Origin: Haliotis rubra
Taxonomy: Eukaryota
Direction: 5' to 3'
Assembly (NCBI RefSeq): GCF_003918875.1
Contig: NW_025765370.1
Coordinates: 1,054,001 to 1,118,000 of the forward strand
Length of the DNA stretch: 64,000 bases
The translations under genes were made by a program, and so were the position numbers. The notes beneath the pieces are model-generated. The model made no database searches and had not been told where the DNA came from. It saw nothing but the letters and a program-made list of their open reading frames with translations. This document shows positions 37,658 through 49,864 of the stretch, piece by piece (within the stretch, counting starts at the first letter, position 1; each line of letters begins with the position of its first letter).

Positions 37658-38814
37658 AGAGTTAATGGATCAGCCTGGGTGGCTTGTGTGATTAAATGTC
37701 ATCATGACCCAACGATGTGGATTGTTGCTTATGTTGTCAATCACCAGTTTCTCTGGCTTGGAATTGATTGTTTCACGGGTCGATGTCTATTCCCATCCCC
37801 TCCAATCTACCAGTGTTACATGTCTGTTTGTTGGTTGTTGTTTGGTGGGGAATTGACTTAGAGCAGAGAGAACCAGAGAGGAAATAATCTTGGATGGGGT
37901 AGGGTAGGGTGGGGTGGGTGGAGATGGAGGGGAATGTACTGGGATTGACATAAGGGCCAATTCTCCAGGGGTCAATTACCAGGGGGAGTTTGCCAGGCGG
38001 AGGGAATGGGCCTGATAGCTGGAATATTACTGAGGACACTGTAACAAAATCAACAAAAGGAAACATAAAACATTGTGATGTATTACGAAATGATTGAAAT
38101 ATGGAATTCTTCATCTTCATTTAGGGGAAGCAGTAAAAGACACAACACATACTATGTTTTTCATGTACTGTGGGACAGTGGTCACCTTGGGATGCTCAAA
38201 TTTACAACATGTAACAAAATATTTATGATTGTGTGGATGACACTGCTACAAAAAGGCATACATCAGAGAGTATGACCCGAGGGAGAAGCATACAACGTAT
38301 TTATCTTTCCGCCATGTTAAATGTTCAAAACATCATTTTGTTTTATGTCAAAGATCGCGACCGACTATGTGAAATGTAAACAAAATGGCGTCTGCGTCTC
38401 GACTGGATTTTTAAAATCAGTGAAACATATTCTGACAAGCGTAAAACTGCTATAAAAATGGTTAATTATGTTTAAGTTGAGTGTGCAAACCACTCCATGT
38501 ATAAACTAGCTTAAATAAAGCAGTGAAAGTCGGTAAAATAAATCTGTACAAAGTGAACACAAAAACGGCTGATCAAACGGTTTTTGAACTCCAGGCACGG
38601 CATGCATCATATTATGACGTCATACGATTGTTAGCGCTTCAGCTTCTTGGGGGAGAGCTTGGCGGATACCATGGAAACGGGTAATATCTTTTCCAGTTGT
38701 CACCCTCCTGGGAGGGGTGACACGGAAATTTGTTAAAGCGTCATTGACCAATGAAATTAAAGTATTTTACATGAAGGTAAGATAATGTAGCCTGTCGAAC
38801 CTGTTCCAGGCAGG

Positions 38815-38966
38815 CCATTGGGGTAGCCTAGTGGTTAAAGCGTTTGCTCCTCACGCCGAAGACCTGGGTTTGATTCCCAATGTGTGAAGCCCATTTCTTG
38901 TGTCCACCACCATGGTATTGCTGGAATATTGCCAAAAGCGGCGGAAAACTAAACACTGACTCACTC
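38815..38966 (+). mobile_element. SINE family A
   Basis: Head, core and tail, with a small deletion. Confidence 0.8.
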
Positions 38967-39355
38967 TACCAGGCATCACTCTGTGCGAGATGCATCCACC
39001 CAGTCAGTGAGCTCCATCACCTGGTCCTATGCTGAACATCAATGATAATGATTTGATGTGTCGATAAATATTTTTTTGATTTTTGTAAAAAAGGGAAAGG
39101 AGTCCATTTCCAAGGTACCAATTATTCTTTGCTTGTATTCAGAGGCGTTGCAATGAGTATTGGGTGGTTGCGATTTGATTTGTATGGACTGTTGTTCATG
39201 CCATCGACCTTCGGTTTTATTGGCCCTAAATATGGTTCCCAGTGTCCTGCCCGTGTAGATGTTGCTGTAATTCAGGTTGATGCTGATTCATTGCTGACAC
39301 TGATAGCATACATGGAATCCCCGACTACTGGTCCCTATACTTTTCTGTTGTGATA

Positions 39356-39597
39356 ACACGTGAAAATCCGGGTTAGAATTGATCTTTAGCAACCCATGCT
39401 TGTTGTAAGAGGCGACTAACGGGATCGGGTGGCCAGGCTTGCTGACTTGGTTGACACATGTCATTGTATCCCAATTGTGTAGATTGATGCTCATGCTTTT
39501 GATCACTGGATTGTCTGGTCCAGACTCGATTATTAACACTGTCACCATACAGCTGGAATATTGCTAAGTGTGGCGTAAAACTAAACTCACTCACTCA
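39356..39597 (+). mobile_element. SINE family B, full length
   Basis: 11-bp TSD CTGTTGTGATA; same 5' start as the other full copies. Confidence 0.9.
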
Positions 39598-39950
39598 CTG
39601 TTGTGATATGACAGCTTTTATGTAATATAATTATTTGGTATCGGAATCTGAATAATTGACTGACCATGATTTCAGTGGAGAAGTTCTTCATTTCCCCCCT
39701 TCAGCAGTGTACACACAAAAGTAATAGTATCTGCAGAATTGAACATGAAACTTCTCTTCTGTAACAACTCTTCTGTTATATATCAGATATTTTATTCATT
39801 AGGATAAATAATTCACTTGCCATTCAATTTGCAATTGTCTTCCGTTTTGTTTAGTTACTGACTGTACATAAGTCAATTGTGGCAAAGAAATTAAAAGTGT
39901 GTAACCATGGTTACCCCAGTGGTGTATGTTTTTATTTTTACTGTTTTCAG

Positions 39951-40248
39951 ATGGAAAGTTGAATAAAATAAACGTTAACTCAAACAGTGACAAAGACTCC
40001 CAAGAAGGCGAACCATTACTGAATACTAAGCAGAGTCAAGCCACAGTTTCTGAGAAGACGTACGACCTTGACCCTGCTGCTATGCGCAAAGAGATTGTAC
40101 CAGTTCTGCGCCCCCTGGAGCTGGAACGTCCTCGGGGTGTTGACCGAAGTGGGATGTTTGATGGAGGAAGCCTGTCTCCGATATTGGACGAGCTTGAGTC
40201 GTCTTCAGATGATAAGTGCCTTAGTAGCACAGCAGATCAGGATGGCAG
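39951..40248 (+). CDS. CCDC66/CSPP1-like gene exon
   Basis: ttttcag| acceptor, open low-complexity S/D/E-rich frame, AG|GTGAG donor; phases 1/2. Confidence 0.75.
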
Positions 40249-40897
40249 GTGAGATAATGGCAAATATTCAACATCTGGGTGCGGGTTTATTGATAGATTT
40301 CATAGTCATCTCTTGTTCTAGGATTTTAAAAATGTATCTATTATTTAATATTTAAATCATTCGTAGATGTGTTTATTGCATTTATAGTAAGTGTGTATAG
40401 TTAAATTATTTGTGATTTGTGATTTGTAATAAGTGAATTTGAGATGAAAGTTTAAGATAACTTTTTGTTGTTTGTAAGAAATTCAAAACTTCATTACACT
40501 GCTTGCTGATGTGAATTAGTCGGCATTGAAGTGGTTGTGGCTAGAAGAGAGCTTGCTTGGATACATTCAGCTTTTTAGCTGCGTAGAAAATTCTGCAGGT
40601 TCAATTTAAAAGATATTTTGGTTTAAGAAATGCCATTTTACCATATATTTAAGAGAGTTATAATTCCCCAGATATGTCGTGATAAATACAATCTTTCTCA
40701 ATTGCAGTCTGACAGTAAATATTTTTTATTTTGTTTACTACTAGTACTCCATTTTATCTAATGCATTTCTATGCTAACTATTTTCTTGTCCCTAGATATA
40801 AATAGAGTTTATCCTGACCGTGTTGTTTTGTCTACACCCATGCTTTTGTCCTCTCTTATTTGTTTAATGTAGAATAATGACAATCATTATGGATATA

Positions 40898-43019
40898 CAG
40901 TACAACCAGAAATTATTGAGAATTTAAGATTGTAATTTTGTTCCTTCTTTTTCACTCATTACTCACGTATTAAATGTCAATATTAGCAGAACATAACTCC
41001 AGATTCAAAGACAGGTGAACAGTTAGTATTTTGTCAAGTCACCATGGGCAGCAATGCAGGCTTCAATGCGGCGGGGCATACTACTGATCAAAGAAGTTAG
41101 AAAGTCGTGGTCCATGCTGTCCCAATATCGGACCACCTCTTCTTTCATTTCAGCAATATCTGTCAGATTTTTCTTATTGACACTTTCCTTAAACATTTTC
41201 TATTGGATTTAGGTCAGGGCTATAGCTTGGCAAATCTAATAATGTCATATTTTGGGTCCGAAACCAGGCCTGTGAATGCTTTGAACGATGTTTTGGGTCG
41301 TTGTCCTGCTGGAAAATCCAAACATTTCCATAGAACACGTGAGCAGATGGAAGTAAATGTCCCTCGAGAATATCTGTGTACCGCTCACTGTTCATATTCC
41401 CTTCAAATACACAGAGGGGCGTTGCCCCTAACACAGATATGCCACCCCACACCTTATATTTCGAACTGTACTTTGGGCGCTAATACAAAAGTTTTTCAGT
41501 TTGTTTGGTCCAGAATTTCAGTGTATTAGGAAACAGCCACACAGAACTTTCATCTGAGTAAATCACATTGTCCCAGTTAAAATTTCTATGCTGTACGCAC
41601 CAGTTCAACCTTCGCTCCATATGTTCAGGTTTCATGATCGGTGATGGAATCCCTAGACTTTTCTGCCAACCCATTGCATACAGCTCAGTTCTTATTGTCT
41701 CCTTACAGACAGCCACAGTCCTCTATCAATCATATCCAGCCTTAAGGTTTCTAAACTCCTTCATTTTAGAAACAAGAATACCAAGCTGCCTCCTGTCACA
41801 GACAGTCAATTTTCTGGGCCTACCTGCGCCTCCCTGGTGCTCAATGCCATATCCATTTGCAATATTTTTCAAAACACGATAAACAGTGCACGAAGGGATG
41901 CCTGTTCTACTTGAAATCGCTTTAGCTGATCTGATGTCCTGGATCCGGTTGTATCATTGCTTTATTAACTAATGTCAACATTAAACCCTAATGATACATT
42001 AAATCCTTAATGCATCATTAGTTAATGGCATCATTAAAAACGGTTGTATCAAACACTTATTAGCCTATCATTATCTAATGACGTCTTAATGTAAATATTT
42101 CGTTAAATCCGGGGATTCCCCTAATTTTTTCCCACAATTCTACGCTGTAAACATGTAAGTGTTTCTCTCGGTCGTCTGTCAAAATGGCATCTTTAGGGCT
42201 AAACCTCGGAACAAAAACAAACATTTCGACTGCTGTGAAGAAACACGTCTAAATAATTCTGAAACGTCGCCGATAAACCTAGAATCGGTTGGGATGTTTT
42301 GGAATATACACGAACACGAACGCCGAAGTGAGCTTTCCGCCATATTGGATAGTGTGTACAAAATCAAGTTTCGCTAAGGCCAGTCATAGGACGCCTATTA
42401 TTATATCATGTATATTTCATATTCAGTTGTGACAAATGCATCGCCTTATTCCTCATACATTTTAGAATCAAATTCCAAATGGTCTTTGTCACTATAACCA
42501 AGTGTCTAAGAAAAAACAAAACATATTGGGTGTGAAAACGGGACGTTGTGCTCATTACACAGCGCGCTTGCTAGAAATATAATCAAAGCAAAAATCAGAT
42601 TTTATACTGTGCAGCATTTTCTCAATTTTTTAGACATCAGTTCGTCTATTCGTAGCATGCATGAGCTCAATATTTTTAGAATATGCACGGAAAGAGTGTC
42701 GTAGCAAGAACTAGAAAACTTAAAACTTTCTATGTAATTTTATAGCTGTAGGTAGATCCAGTGCGGTGCAAACGAAATTCTGGCGCAATGTTCACTTTTC
42801 CAGGAAGTTTAATGACGCTCTAATGATACCCCAGGACCTTCATTAAGTTAATGATGCACTAATGACAACAGAGCATCATTAAAACGTTAGTACAACAGAA
42901 TTTAATGATACAGTAGTTAATGAACGTTTAATGGCACGTTAATGCTTCATTAAAGTTTGATACAACCGGGTCCTGTTATAATACTCTAAAATCAACTTCC
43001 TCTTCTCTAAATCATCCAT
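40898..43019 (-). mobile_element. Decayed Tc1 (DD34E) transposon interrupted by a Harbinger-like element
   Basis: TA+CAGTACAACCAGAAATTATTG end at 40898. Motifs GRPRK, IYSDES and QQDNDPKH..SPDLNPIE, with 34 residues between D and E. ATG at about 43019, stop at about 41023. Other TIR not seen. Confidence 0.85.
41942..42972. mobile_element. Non-autonomous PIF/Harbinger-like element nested in the Tc1 transposase
   Basis: TIRs GATCCGGTTGTATCA / TGATACAACCGGGTC, CTG TSD, TTAATGA-rich subterminal repeats; Tc1 coding resumes on both sides. Confidence 0.8.
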
Positions 43020-44017
43020 ACTGAGGATCACTGAAAATGTCGTCTGCTAGCATCAAAGAGAAATTGTGTATGATTTGTTCACATTTCTTTAGGTATTGGT
43101 GGGGTAGGACAGTGGTGAAGGCACTCACTTGTCACAGTAAACAGGTTTGATTCCACACATTATCTCCAACATGATTATGTCACATTCAGTTGTTGTAGCA
43201 AGCAATATGAGAGAGGACAGTAGCATTGGTTTGTGTTGTTTGTGGCCAATCGTTATGTGCTTATCCATGTCTTCCTCCGACAGCAGCACCACCTAGCAGG
43301 CCCACGAGGAACTACTGTAGCTGTTGTACTAACAGCTGACGATGTGACCAACAGCCATCACAGGTACCCAATATCCCCTAATCCCAGCCCCCATTGAATA
43401 TTGTACTTGTGTATGTCTTGAGAGTTAAGAAATATTATTGGTACATAGATTGCTTGATAGGCAAGTAGCTTTATTAGTAGTTTTTTCACTAATGAAGTGT
43501 TATGACATATGTTGCAACATCTGATTGACTAAATAGAAGACAAAACATGTTGTTTGTAACTTTACATGTGTATTTAGATAGCATAATGTGGGGTTTTACA
43601 GTAAGTGTGACATTTGCCTTGACACAGACTTCTGAAGGCTTCACATTTGGTAGCCCAGGTCTTGAATGAACCTTGTACAAGTGCCAAGGGACATTACTCT
43701 GCACACATTATATAAATCAACTTATCAATTTGAATGTCATATATAATTATGTTTGAAATGATATTTTGTGTCATATGCTTTGTATTGAAATATCCCTAAT
43801 ATGTGTTTTTTATTAGATGTTGTTAATCTGGTACTGGTGTGTAAATAACATTATCTTCATAGATCTAACTTGTATAATTATCTTTATAAATGTTTTTTTA
43901 TCATTGCTTGTATTCAATTTTCTTAGGAAGTTAGTAGTTCTGTGTTGTGGTACTAGAAAACAATTCTTCTAGCCTAGTTAGTTGTTCATGCTCGTTTAGA
44001 GTGGAGTGGTCTTACAG

Positions 44018-44642
44018 CAGGACCACAGTCACCATCTGTGGTTTAAACATTGTGTTGACATATAGACACACCCTTCATGGAACTTCTACCCACAGCCCTG
44101 TCAGTGGGACAACATGGTTTAATGGCTCAGTGTCTTGTGGAGATGTTTGACATCAGTCCTAGTACAGGACCACAACCACTGTCACGTCTGTGGTTAAAGT
44201 GTCTTGACATATAGACACACCCTTTATGGAACTTCTACCCATAGCCCTGTCAGTGGGACAACATGGTTTAATGGCTCTGTTACCTTGTGGAGATGTTTGA
44301 CATCAGTCCTAGTACAGGGCCACAATCACTGTCACGTCTGTGGTTAAAGTGTCTTGACATATAGACACACCCTTCATGGAACTTCTACCCATAGCCCTGT
44401 CAGTGGGACAACATGGTTTAATGGCTCAGTGTCTTGTGGAGATGTTTGATATCAGTCCTAGTACAGGACCACAACCACTGTCACGTCTGTGGTTAAAGTG
44501 TCTTGACATATAGACACACCCTTCATGGAACTTCTACCCATAGCCCTGTCAGTGGGACAACATTATGGCTCTGTTACCTTATGGAGATGTTTGACATCAG
44601 TCCTAGTACAGGGCCACAATCACTATCACATCTGTGGTTAAA
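44018..44642. repeat. Tandem repeat, about 4 copies of 149/150 bp, alternating A/B variants
   Basis: TATAGACACACCC at 44061, 44210, 44360 and 44509. Confidence 0.9.
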
Positions 44643-45281
44643 GTTTTAATGTATGATGTAATTTGATTGGATGGGGTTATGACCTTGAACTTTGCTCCAA
44701 ATGGAGGTGATGGCAAATAGGTCCAGGGAAATTATCATAAAAAATGAAGATGATATTACACCGGATAATTGGTAATTACTTTGACAGCATATCTAGACAG
44801 CATTGTCTGCAAGGGAAGGAAGGGTAGCCAAGTGGTTGAATCGCTTGTCCCCAAACCAATTTCAATCCCTACATGTGTTTTCAGGGTGTTACCATCATTA
44901 TTGGTGCCCATATTGCCAAAATGTTGCAAAAAGAATCATACAGTAATAAGAAATTTCATGTTTTTGTAAACTTTAAATTTTTCCCATACATTGAAGTTTG
45001 GTCACTTTTAAAATATGTTAATATGAATTTTTGTTTGAAACTCAACTTGGATATCTTATAATGAGCAGTTTTCATTCTGAACCAGAAATGTCGATTGCTG
45101 ATGTCAATGAAATACTTATGGAAGCATCATTAACAATCTCACTCATTGATGCCCCGATTTTGAGAAAAACTCTTTTGTCTTGAAAAGCACTTATCATCAC
45201 ATTGTTATCAAATGATTTAATGATTGAGTGAATCTTGAAGTACAATGTATAGTTAGTGCAGCAGTTTCTATAAACTTACAG

Positions 45282-45457
45282 CAAATCCTCAGCTCCACAT
45301 CCAACAGAATCAGTTAAGGTGGCAACAATCCCTTCCGCAACGGTCTCCATGTCCAACTGGAGTGACCCCTCATTCAGCATAGACTTACCTCCCCTTGTTC
45401 CACAACAACATCTCACGTTGGCTGAGAAGAAGAAACCGCAGTGGGTGCGGGAGAGAG
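45282..45457 (+). CDS. CCDC66/CSPP1-like gene exon (not in ORF track)
   Basis: ttacag| acceptor, phase 2; ends LTLAEKKKPQWVRER; donor G|GTTAGT, phase 1. Confidence 0.75.
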
Positions 45458-45763
45458 GTTAGTTTACTTAGTTGTCATGGTTACATGAAACTAAACAAAA
45501 TGGATAATATCTGGGTACTTCTAATGTCAAAACTCTCATAGTGCTTCATGCATTATATTTTTAAATGATGCATTCATGACAAGTAGGAAGCATCACTCAG
45601 TGATGCATCATGGCTGAAAAACCCAGGAAAATATACTACTCAAAGGAACTTTAAGAATACTTCTTTTTGTCATATGCCAGTTTTTCTAATTAGATCCAAG
45701 ATGGGTTTTTGTTGGCCCAAGAACATTTTCTTTAGCGTAATTTTTTTTTTTTTTTTGTACCAG

Positions 45764-45861
45764 CGGAGTTTGATTCCTGCTATGACCCCTGGGGTCGGCG
45801 GAGTAGAAGCAAGACCAGGCAATCCATGAGTCGAGCTGGCAGCATCCTAACAGATTATCCA
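45764..45861 (+). CDS. CCDC66/CSPP1-like gene exon (YDPWGR motif)
   Basis: Long poly-T acceptor; AEFDSCYDPWGRRSRSK..TDYP; donor CCA|GTGAGT, phase 0. Confidence 0.75.
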
Positions 45862-45964
45862 GTGAGTTAATAATTTTTAGTTTCTGTATCTTTCAGCAAC
45901 TTAGTGTCAAACCATCAATGTTGTTCTGGAGAAAATCATCCCGATGAAGGTGTATGTCTGATAG

Positions 45965-48358
45965 TTCCCTGCAGGTGATGCATGTTATAAGTTGTGTTAT
46001 TCCCTGCAGGTGATGCATGTTATAAATTGTGTTATTCTCCTGCAGGTGTTGTATGATGTAGGTTTTGTTATTCCCTGCAGGTGATGGATGATATAAGTTG
46101 TGTTATTCCCTGCAGGTGATGCATGTTATAAGTTGTGTTATTCCCTGCAGGTGATGCATGTTATAAATTGTGTTATTCTCCTGCAGGTGTTGTATGATGT
46201 AGGTTTTGTTATTCCCTGCAGGTGATGGATGATATAAGTTGTGTTATTCCCTGCAGGTGATGCATGTTATAAGTTGTGTTATTCCCTGCAGGTGATGCAT
46301 GTTATAAATTGTGTTTTTCTCCTGCAGGTGTTGTATGATGTAGGTTTTGTTATTCCCCGCAGGTGATGGATGATATAAGTTGTGTTATTCCCTGCAGGTG
46401 ATGGACTATATAAGTTGTGTTATTCCCCGCAGGTGATGGATGATATAAGTTGTGTTATTCCCCGCAGGTGATGGATGTTATAAGTTGTGTTATTCCCTGT
46501 ATGTGATGGATGGTATAAGTTGTGTTATTCCCTGCAGGTGATGGATGTTATAAGTTGTGTTATTCCCCGCAGGTGATTGATGATATAAGTTGTGTTATTC
46601 CCTGCAGGTGATGGATGATATAAGTTGTGTTATTCCCTGCAGGTGATGGATGATATAAGTTGTGTTATTCCCTGCAGGTGATGGATATTATAAGTTGTGT
46701 TATTCCACGCAAGTGATGGATGATATAAGTTGTGTTATTCCCTGCAGGTGATGGATGTTATAAGTTGTGTTATTCCCTGCATGTGATGGATGTTATAAGT
46801 TGTGTTATTCCCCTGCAGGTGATGGATGTTATAAGTTGTGTTATTCCCTGTATGTGATGGATGATATAAGTTGTGTTATTCCCTGCAGGTGATGGATGTT
46901 ATAAGTTGTGTTATTCCCCACAGGTGATGGATGATATAAGTTGTGTTATTCCCTGCAGATTATGGATGTTGTAAGTTGTGTTATTCCCTGCAGGTGATGG
47001 ATGATATAAGATGTGTTATTCCCTGCAGGTGATGGATGATTTAAGTTGTGTTATTCCCCGCAGGTGATGGATGATATAAGATGTGTTATTCCCTGCAGGT
47101 GATGGATGATTTAAGTTGTGTTATTCCCTGCAGGTGATGGATGATATAAGATGTGTTATTCCCTGCAGGTGATGGATGATTTAAGTTGTGTTTTTCCCCG
47201 TAGGTGATGGATGATATAAGATGTGTTATTCCCCGCAGGTGATTGATGATTTAAGTTGTGTTATTCCCCGCAAGTGATGGATGATATAAGTTGTGTTATT
47301 CCCCGCAGGCGATTGATGATTTAAGTTGTGTTATTCCCTGCAGGTGATGGATGATATAAGATGTGTTATTCCCCGCAGGTGATTGATGATTTAAGTTGTG
47401 TTATTCCCTGCAGGTGATGGATGATATAAGTTGTGTTATTCCCCGCAGGTGATGGATGATATAAGTTGTGTTATTCCCCGCAGGTGATGGATGATTTAAG
47501 TTGTGTTATTCCCTGCAGGTGATGGATGATATAAGTTGTGTTATTCCCCGCAGGTGATGGAGGATTTAAGATGTGTTATTCCCTGCAGGTGATGGATGAT
47601 TTAAGTTGTGTTATTCCCCGCAGGTGATGGATGATTTAAGTTGTGTTATTCCTTGCAGGTGATGGATGATATAAGTTATGTTATTCCCCGCAGGTGATGG
47701 AGGATTTAAGTTGTGTTATTCCCTGCAGGTGATGGATGATATAAGATGTGTTATTCCCCGCAGGTGATGGATGATTTAAGTTGTGTTATACCCTGCAGGT
47801 GATGGATGATATAAGTTGTGTTATTCCCCGCAGGTGATGGAGGATTTAAGTTGTGTTATTCCCTGCAGGTGATGGATGATATAAGTTGTGTTATTCCCCG
47901 CTGGTGATGGAGGATTTAAGTTGTGTTATTCCCTGCAGGTGATGGATGATATAAGTTGTGTTATTCCCTGCAGGTGATGGATGATATAAGATGTGTTATT
48001 CCCTGCAGGTAATGGATGATTTAAGATGTGTTATTCCCCGCAGGTGATGGAGGATTTAAGTTGTGTTATTCCCTGCAGGTGATGGATGATATAAGATGTG
48101 TTATTCCCTGCAGGTGATGGATGATATAAGATGTGTGATTCCCTGCAGGTAATGGATGATTTAAGATGTGTAATTCCCCGCAGGTGATGGAGGATTTAAG
48201 TTGTGTTATACCCTGCAGGTGATGGATGATATAAGATGTGTTATTCCCTGCAGGTGATGGATGATATAAGATGTGTTATTCCCTGCAGGTAATGGATGAT
48301 TTAAGATGTGTTATTCCCCGCAGGTGATGGATGATATAAGTTGTGTTATTCCCCACAG
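45965..48358 (+). repeat. 35-bp minisatellite (about 68 units) built from an intron/exon junction
   Basis: Unit GTGATGGATGATATAAGTTGTGTTATTCCCTGCAG; the last unit runs directly into the exon GTGATGGAGGATGAG. Confidence 0.95.
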
Positions 48359-48425
48359 GTGATGGAGGATGAGAAGAAGCTGCTGCAGAAGATACAGGAT
48401 AGATCCAAGTGGCTGGCAGAGCTGG
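48359..48425 (+). CDS. CCDC66/CSPP1-like gene exon following the minisatellite
   Basis: VMEDEKKLLQKIQDRSKWLAEL; phase 0 in, donor G|GTCAGT phase 1 out; both neighbours fit. Confidence 0.75.
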
Positions 48426-48451
48426 GTCAGTCCTTGTGTCTTCATTAGCTG

Positions 48452-48605
48452 AGGGACATTGGGGTAACCTAGTGGTTAAAGCATTTGCACATCATGCTGT
48501 AAATCTGAGTTTGATTCTCTACAAGGGTACAATGTTTGATGGTGTCCCAGCCGTGTTATTGCTTGAATGTTGTTAAGAGTGGCATAAAACCATACTCACT
48601 CACCC
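48452..48605 (+). mobile_element. SINE family A, old copy
   Basis: Degenerate head, core and tail. Confidence 0.7.
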
Positions 48606-48882
48606 TCACTTGAGGCCATTTTGTTAAAGTTTTTGGCAAAGAGAGTATTAATGGAACAGAAATTCTCCTGCTATTCTTGACATTTGTCAGAGAACCTTTG
48701 GGATGGCAACAGCTGAGCAGAGTTACATGAATACAAAGACATTTCATGATAGTATTTAATAAGACAAAGCTTTGACATTGCTTTCATTTCTCATTTCTCA
48801 TTCTCCTGTTTGTGTCAACATCATTTAATATATGCAATATTTAATGTGATTTTTATAGATATATTTCCTTTTTCCACTACAG

Positions 48883-49027
48883 AGAAACAACGAGAAGAAC
48901 AGCGACTTCAGAGATTTGAGCGACTGGAAGCTGACAGAAAAGCCGTTCAGAACTCTTTCATTGACAAGTTCTCTCAGGAGCGGAAGCCTGTCCCTCTACC
49001 GTCTCAGATCAACATTCAGAAAGATAG
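48883..49027 (+). CDS. CCDC66/CSPP1-like gene exon (coiled coil); alternative donor after 49047
   Basis: EKQREEQRLQRFERLEADRK..; ctacag| acceptor, phase 1. Confidence 0.72.
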
Positions 49028-49223
49028 GTTGGTGTTTGGTAACCAATGTAAGTGAGACTGTTCAGTGGGCATCTGGTGGTGGATTTGTGAACTGTAGATG
49101 GGCACCAGGCTGGTAACCCCTAACTTACTAACTGGATTGAGCTGTGAACATGATTCCAGGCAGGAGCACAGGGCTGAGTCTTGGCTGATCCTCGTCACCA
49201 TCTTAGATTCCTTAAACACACAA

Positions 49224-49753
49224 CAGGGCTACAGATAAGGGGCATACAGGCGTAATGTACGCCTCAAAATCAATTAAGTACGACATAATATAAGATTTCA
49301 AGCGTATCGTGAACGCACATAAATACCTTCGTACGTCTAGCATTTAATTTCCGAGCGTATCATGCAAATGGAAATCTATTTCGGATAAATACTTGTTTAG
49401 TTTCTTTTGCGAAACACGATTTGACACATAAGGAAACCCCGACAGTAGGAATCCCTTGCGTTGCCATGCAACGATATGCGTCACTATTTTTCGATTGGCT
49501 AAAACTACACTGTTCCCATTTATATCCAGTCGGACCTGACATTTCGCGCATCACACAGTCGCTCAGTTATTTCTCACGCGTCTTCAAATACAAACACATG
49601 GTTGGAAATAGTGATCGATGAATCGTCCAGACAAACCGCATCAACTTGCTTACACAAAAACATGTCAGTACTCCTTCAAAATTCTCAGTACACCTCCACT
49701 TACAATATGATGTGTAAGTACACTCACACACCCAAAAGTTATCTGGAGCCCTG
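49224..49753. mobile_element. hAT-like MITE
   Basis: TIRs CAGGGCTACAGATAA / TTATCTGGAGCCCTG; imperfect ACACAA duplication. Confidence 0.6.
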
Positions 49754-49864
49754 ACACAAGATATTGGGACTGTTTTGTTTCAGTATAACCTGATCCTAAT
49801 GGTTGAAGATGATCCTTGCAGGCTCCTTGTGTTGTTATTGCACTTCTACGGTTTTTTAATGTAA

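Noticed and set aside
45965-48358. CRISPR-like array (35-bp period)
   Set aside because: No unique spacers and no cas genes; it is a eukaryotic intronic tandem repeat.
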